The notes under the pieces were generated by a model. The model was given only the letters and a program-made list of their open reading frames with translations. It did not search any database and was not told where the DNA came from. From Kofleriaceae bacterium (GTDB taxonomy: Bacteria > Myxococcota_A > Polyangia > Haliangiales > Haliangiaceae): a DNA stretch of 64,000 bases. This document shows, one piece after another, positions 62,342-64,000 of this stretch. The stretch is from NCBI GenBank assembly GCA_036271215.1, contig DATBBB010000375.1, positions 10,464 to 74,463 on the forward strand. The letters run 5' to 3'. Both the position numbers and the translations under genes were made by a program. The stretch's first letter is position 1, and every line of letters begins with the position of its first letter.

Positions 62342-64000
62342 GTGAACCGCCGCATCCTGCTGATCGACGCTGACCCTACGTTCCGCGCGCAGCTCACGCA
62401 GCAGTTGGCGCGCTACCGGTTCGAGATCGTGGCCGAGCCCGACGCCGAGGCGGCGCTGGCGCTCGGCAGCGCGACGCCGCCTGCGCTGCTGGTGGTCGCG
62501 GTCGAGGAACCCGACAAGGCGGGGTTCAAGATCTTCCAGCGCTGCAAGAAAGGCGCGCTGGCCAAGGTCCCGATCATGCTGGTGACCACGACGGTGTCGG
62601 CCGGGAGCTTCGCCAAGCACCGCGGGCTCAAGGTCCACGCCGACGAGTACCTCGACAAGCGCACGACCTCCGAGCAGCAGATCCTCGGCAAGATCGACCA
62701 GCTGGTCGGGCTCGGTGAGCCTGCCGACGAGCTCGATGCCGCGATCGAGGTCGAGATCGACGAGATCCCGCTGTCGAGTGACGACATGGTGCTCGAGGAG
62801 ACCGTCGGCGAGGACGACGTGGACCTCGACGGCGGCGGTTCGCACGATGCGGCCGATGGCCAGGGCGGGCAGCTCGATTCGATGGTCGACGCCGAGACCG
62901 ACGCCGCGTTCGCCGCGCTGCTCGGCGATGATCCGTCGCCGATCCGGGTCGAGGTGGCCGAGCCGGAGCCGGAGCATGCCGAGCATGCCGAGCACGCCGC
63001 ACCGGAAGCGCACGGCGAGCACGGCGAGCACGCCGACCCCGGCGGCCCCGGTGAGCCCGGCGGACATGATGCCCACAGCACGCCGGTCCCGGGCCACGAC
63101 GAGCCCAGCGCGGTGTCCGGTGCCGTGCCGTCGATGATCCTCGACGGCGGCCGGCCGCAGGACAGCGGCGGCGTCGAGTTCGATACGTTCAGCCGCGAGT
63201 CGATGCGGCCGCCGGTCGATCTGATCGCGCGGGCGCGCGCCGAGCATCGCGACCTGCACCACCGCGGGGGCTCGCACGCCGAGCACGCTGATCCGGATCC
63301 GGCCGCGGTGCCCGAGGCGGTCGATGTGGCCGATATGGCCGACGCGTCCGAGGCTCGCGATGCCGCGCCGTACGAGCCGTACGAGCCGGACGCGCCGGAG
63401 CGCCAGTCGGAGTCGGTGTCGTCGATCCCGATCGACGTCGAGGACCTCGAACCGATCGAGGACGACGGCGACATGGTGCTCGAGCTCGACCACGACAGCG
63501 CCGCCGATGGCGATGGCGATGGCGATGGCGATGATACGACCGGGTACAAGGCCGCCAAGCACGGGGATGCCGGCTCTGGCACCGGGCGCCACGCCGCCGG
63601 ACATGACACGGCCGGATATGACGCCGCCGGACTCGACGACGCCGGATCCGACGCCGCCAGCCAGAACGCCGCCGGTGGATACGCGGACGCCGGCCGCCAC
63701 GCCGCCGGTCACGACACGGCCGGATATGACGCCGCCGGACTCGACGACGCCGGATACGACACCGCCAGCCAGAACGCCGACGCCGGATACGCGGACGCCG
63801 GCCGCCACGCCGCCGGACTCGACACGGCCGGATATGACGCCGCCGGACACCACGACGCCGACCGCCACGACGCCGCCGGACACCACGACGCCGACCGCCA
63901 CGACGCCGCCGGCCGCCACGCCGCCGCCGGATATGCGGACGCCGGACACCACGACGCCGCCGGCCACCCCGGCGCCGCCGGCCACGATGCCGCCACCGGC
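62342..64000 (+). CDS. Receiver-like (apparently pseudo-receiver) domain protein with a long acidic/His-rich repetitive C-terminal region (partial; runs off the window end)
   Basis: Manual translation from GTG 62342 gives VNRRILLIDADPTFRAQL...LLVVAVEEPDKAGF...IMLVTTT...DEYLDKR. It is absent from the ORF track because there is no stop before 64000. The antisense ORF 62201..63985 is a shadow of it. Confidence 0.7.
   Translation, partial: MNRRILLIDADPTFRAQLTQQLARYRFEIVAEPDAEAALALGSATPPALLVVAVEEPDKAGFKIFQRCKKGALAKVPIMLVTTTVSAGSFAKHRGLKVHADEYLDKRTTSEQQILGKIDQLVGLGEPADELDAAIEVEIDEIPLSSDDMVLEETVGEDDVDLDGGGSHDAADGQGGQLDSMVDAETDAAFAALLGDDPSPIRVEVAEPEPEHAEHAEHAAPEAHGEHGEHADPGGPGEPGGHDAHSTPVPGHDEPSAVSGAVPSMILDGGRPQDSGGVEFDTFSRESMRPPVDLIARARAEHRDLHHRGGSHAEHADPDPAAVPEAVDVADMADASEARDAAPYEPYEPDAPERQSESVSSIPIDVEDLEPIEDDGDMVLELDHDSAADGDGDGDGDDTTGYKAAKHGDAGSGTGRHAAGHDTAGYDAAGLDDAGSDAASQNAAGGYADAGRHAAGHDTAGYDAAGLDDAGYDTASQNADAGYADAGRHAAGLDTAGYDAAGHHDADRHDAAGHHDADRHDAAGRHAAAGYADAGHHDAAGHPGAAGHDAATG
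63599..63814 (+). repeat. 108-bp in-frame tandem repeat x2 (plus a diverged continuation) inside the receiver-like gene
   Basis: 63599-63706 and 63707-63814 are near-identical. They encode GHDTAGYDAAGLDDAG(S/Y)D(A/T)ASQNA..GYADAGRHAA. Confidence 0.8.

Noticed and set aside
62201-63985. 594-aa minus-strand ORF rich in GGV/SGV repeats
   Set aside because: It is the antisense reading of the plus-strand receiver-like gene and its 108-bp repeats. The plus-strand frame gives a coherent receiver domain and is open to the window end.

Overview
The window is high-GC DNA (about 70% by eye) and densely coding. Gene content suggests a myxobacterium-like (Myxococcota) chromosome: many Ser/Thr-kinase signalling genes, a DUF4388 protein, a PilZ/PEGA protein and a prkA-yeaH-spoVR operon. 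This taxonomic call is an inference. I found no rRNA, tRNA, CRISPR array, transposase or integrase.

Most of the very long ORFs in the six-frame track are antisense shadow ORFs, as expected in GC-rich DNA. The real genes were recovered by recognising conserved motifs and by trimming ORFs to plausible starts. Two real genes are missing from the track because they run off the window edges: a Ser/Thr kinase at 1..3120 (-) and a receiver-like protein at 62342..64000 (+).

Main content:
- A thioredoxin-like gene / response regulator / Ser-Thr kinase operon.
- A complete nitrogen-PTS and sigma-54 cluster, rpoN-hpf-ptsN-hprK-rapZ-ptsH-ptsI. It is extended by two translationally coupled genes: a zincin/TolB-propeller/Omp85-barrel fusion and a histidine-kinase-like ATPase.
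- Housekeeping genes: pyrG, accC, mnmG, bamD, truD, mltG, ruvX, secA, ald and an LD-carboxypeptidase.
- A MoxR-like ATPase / VWA pair, an exbB-exbD-tonB set, and a prkA-orf72-yeaH-spoVR-PP2C operon.
- An ECF sigma / anti-sigma pair.

Observations most worth a second look:
- A small low-GC islet carrying a wHTH-nucleotidyltransferase plus HEPN-like gene pair, preceded by four TACCCA-N3-TGGGTA palindromes.
- A dispersed double-hairpin REP-like element with 4 copies in the window.
- A near-consensus sigma-54 promoter upstream of a cysteine-rich lipoprotein gene.
- A 690-bp gene-free region with tandem intrinsic terminators and C/U-rich loops, a candidate sRNA.
- A roughly 210-residue insertion in SecA.
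- Several short tandem and palindromic arrays.

All functional calls come from motif recognition by eye. No database search was possible.
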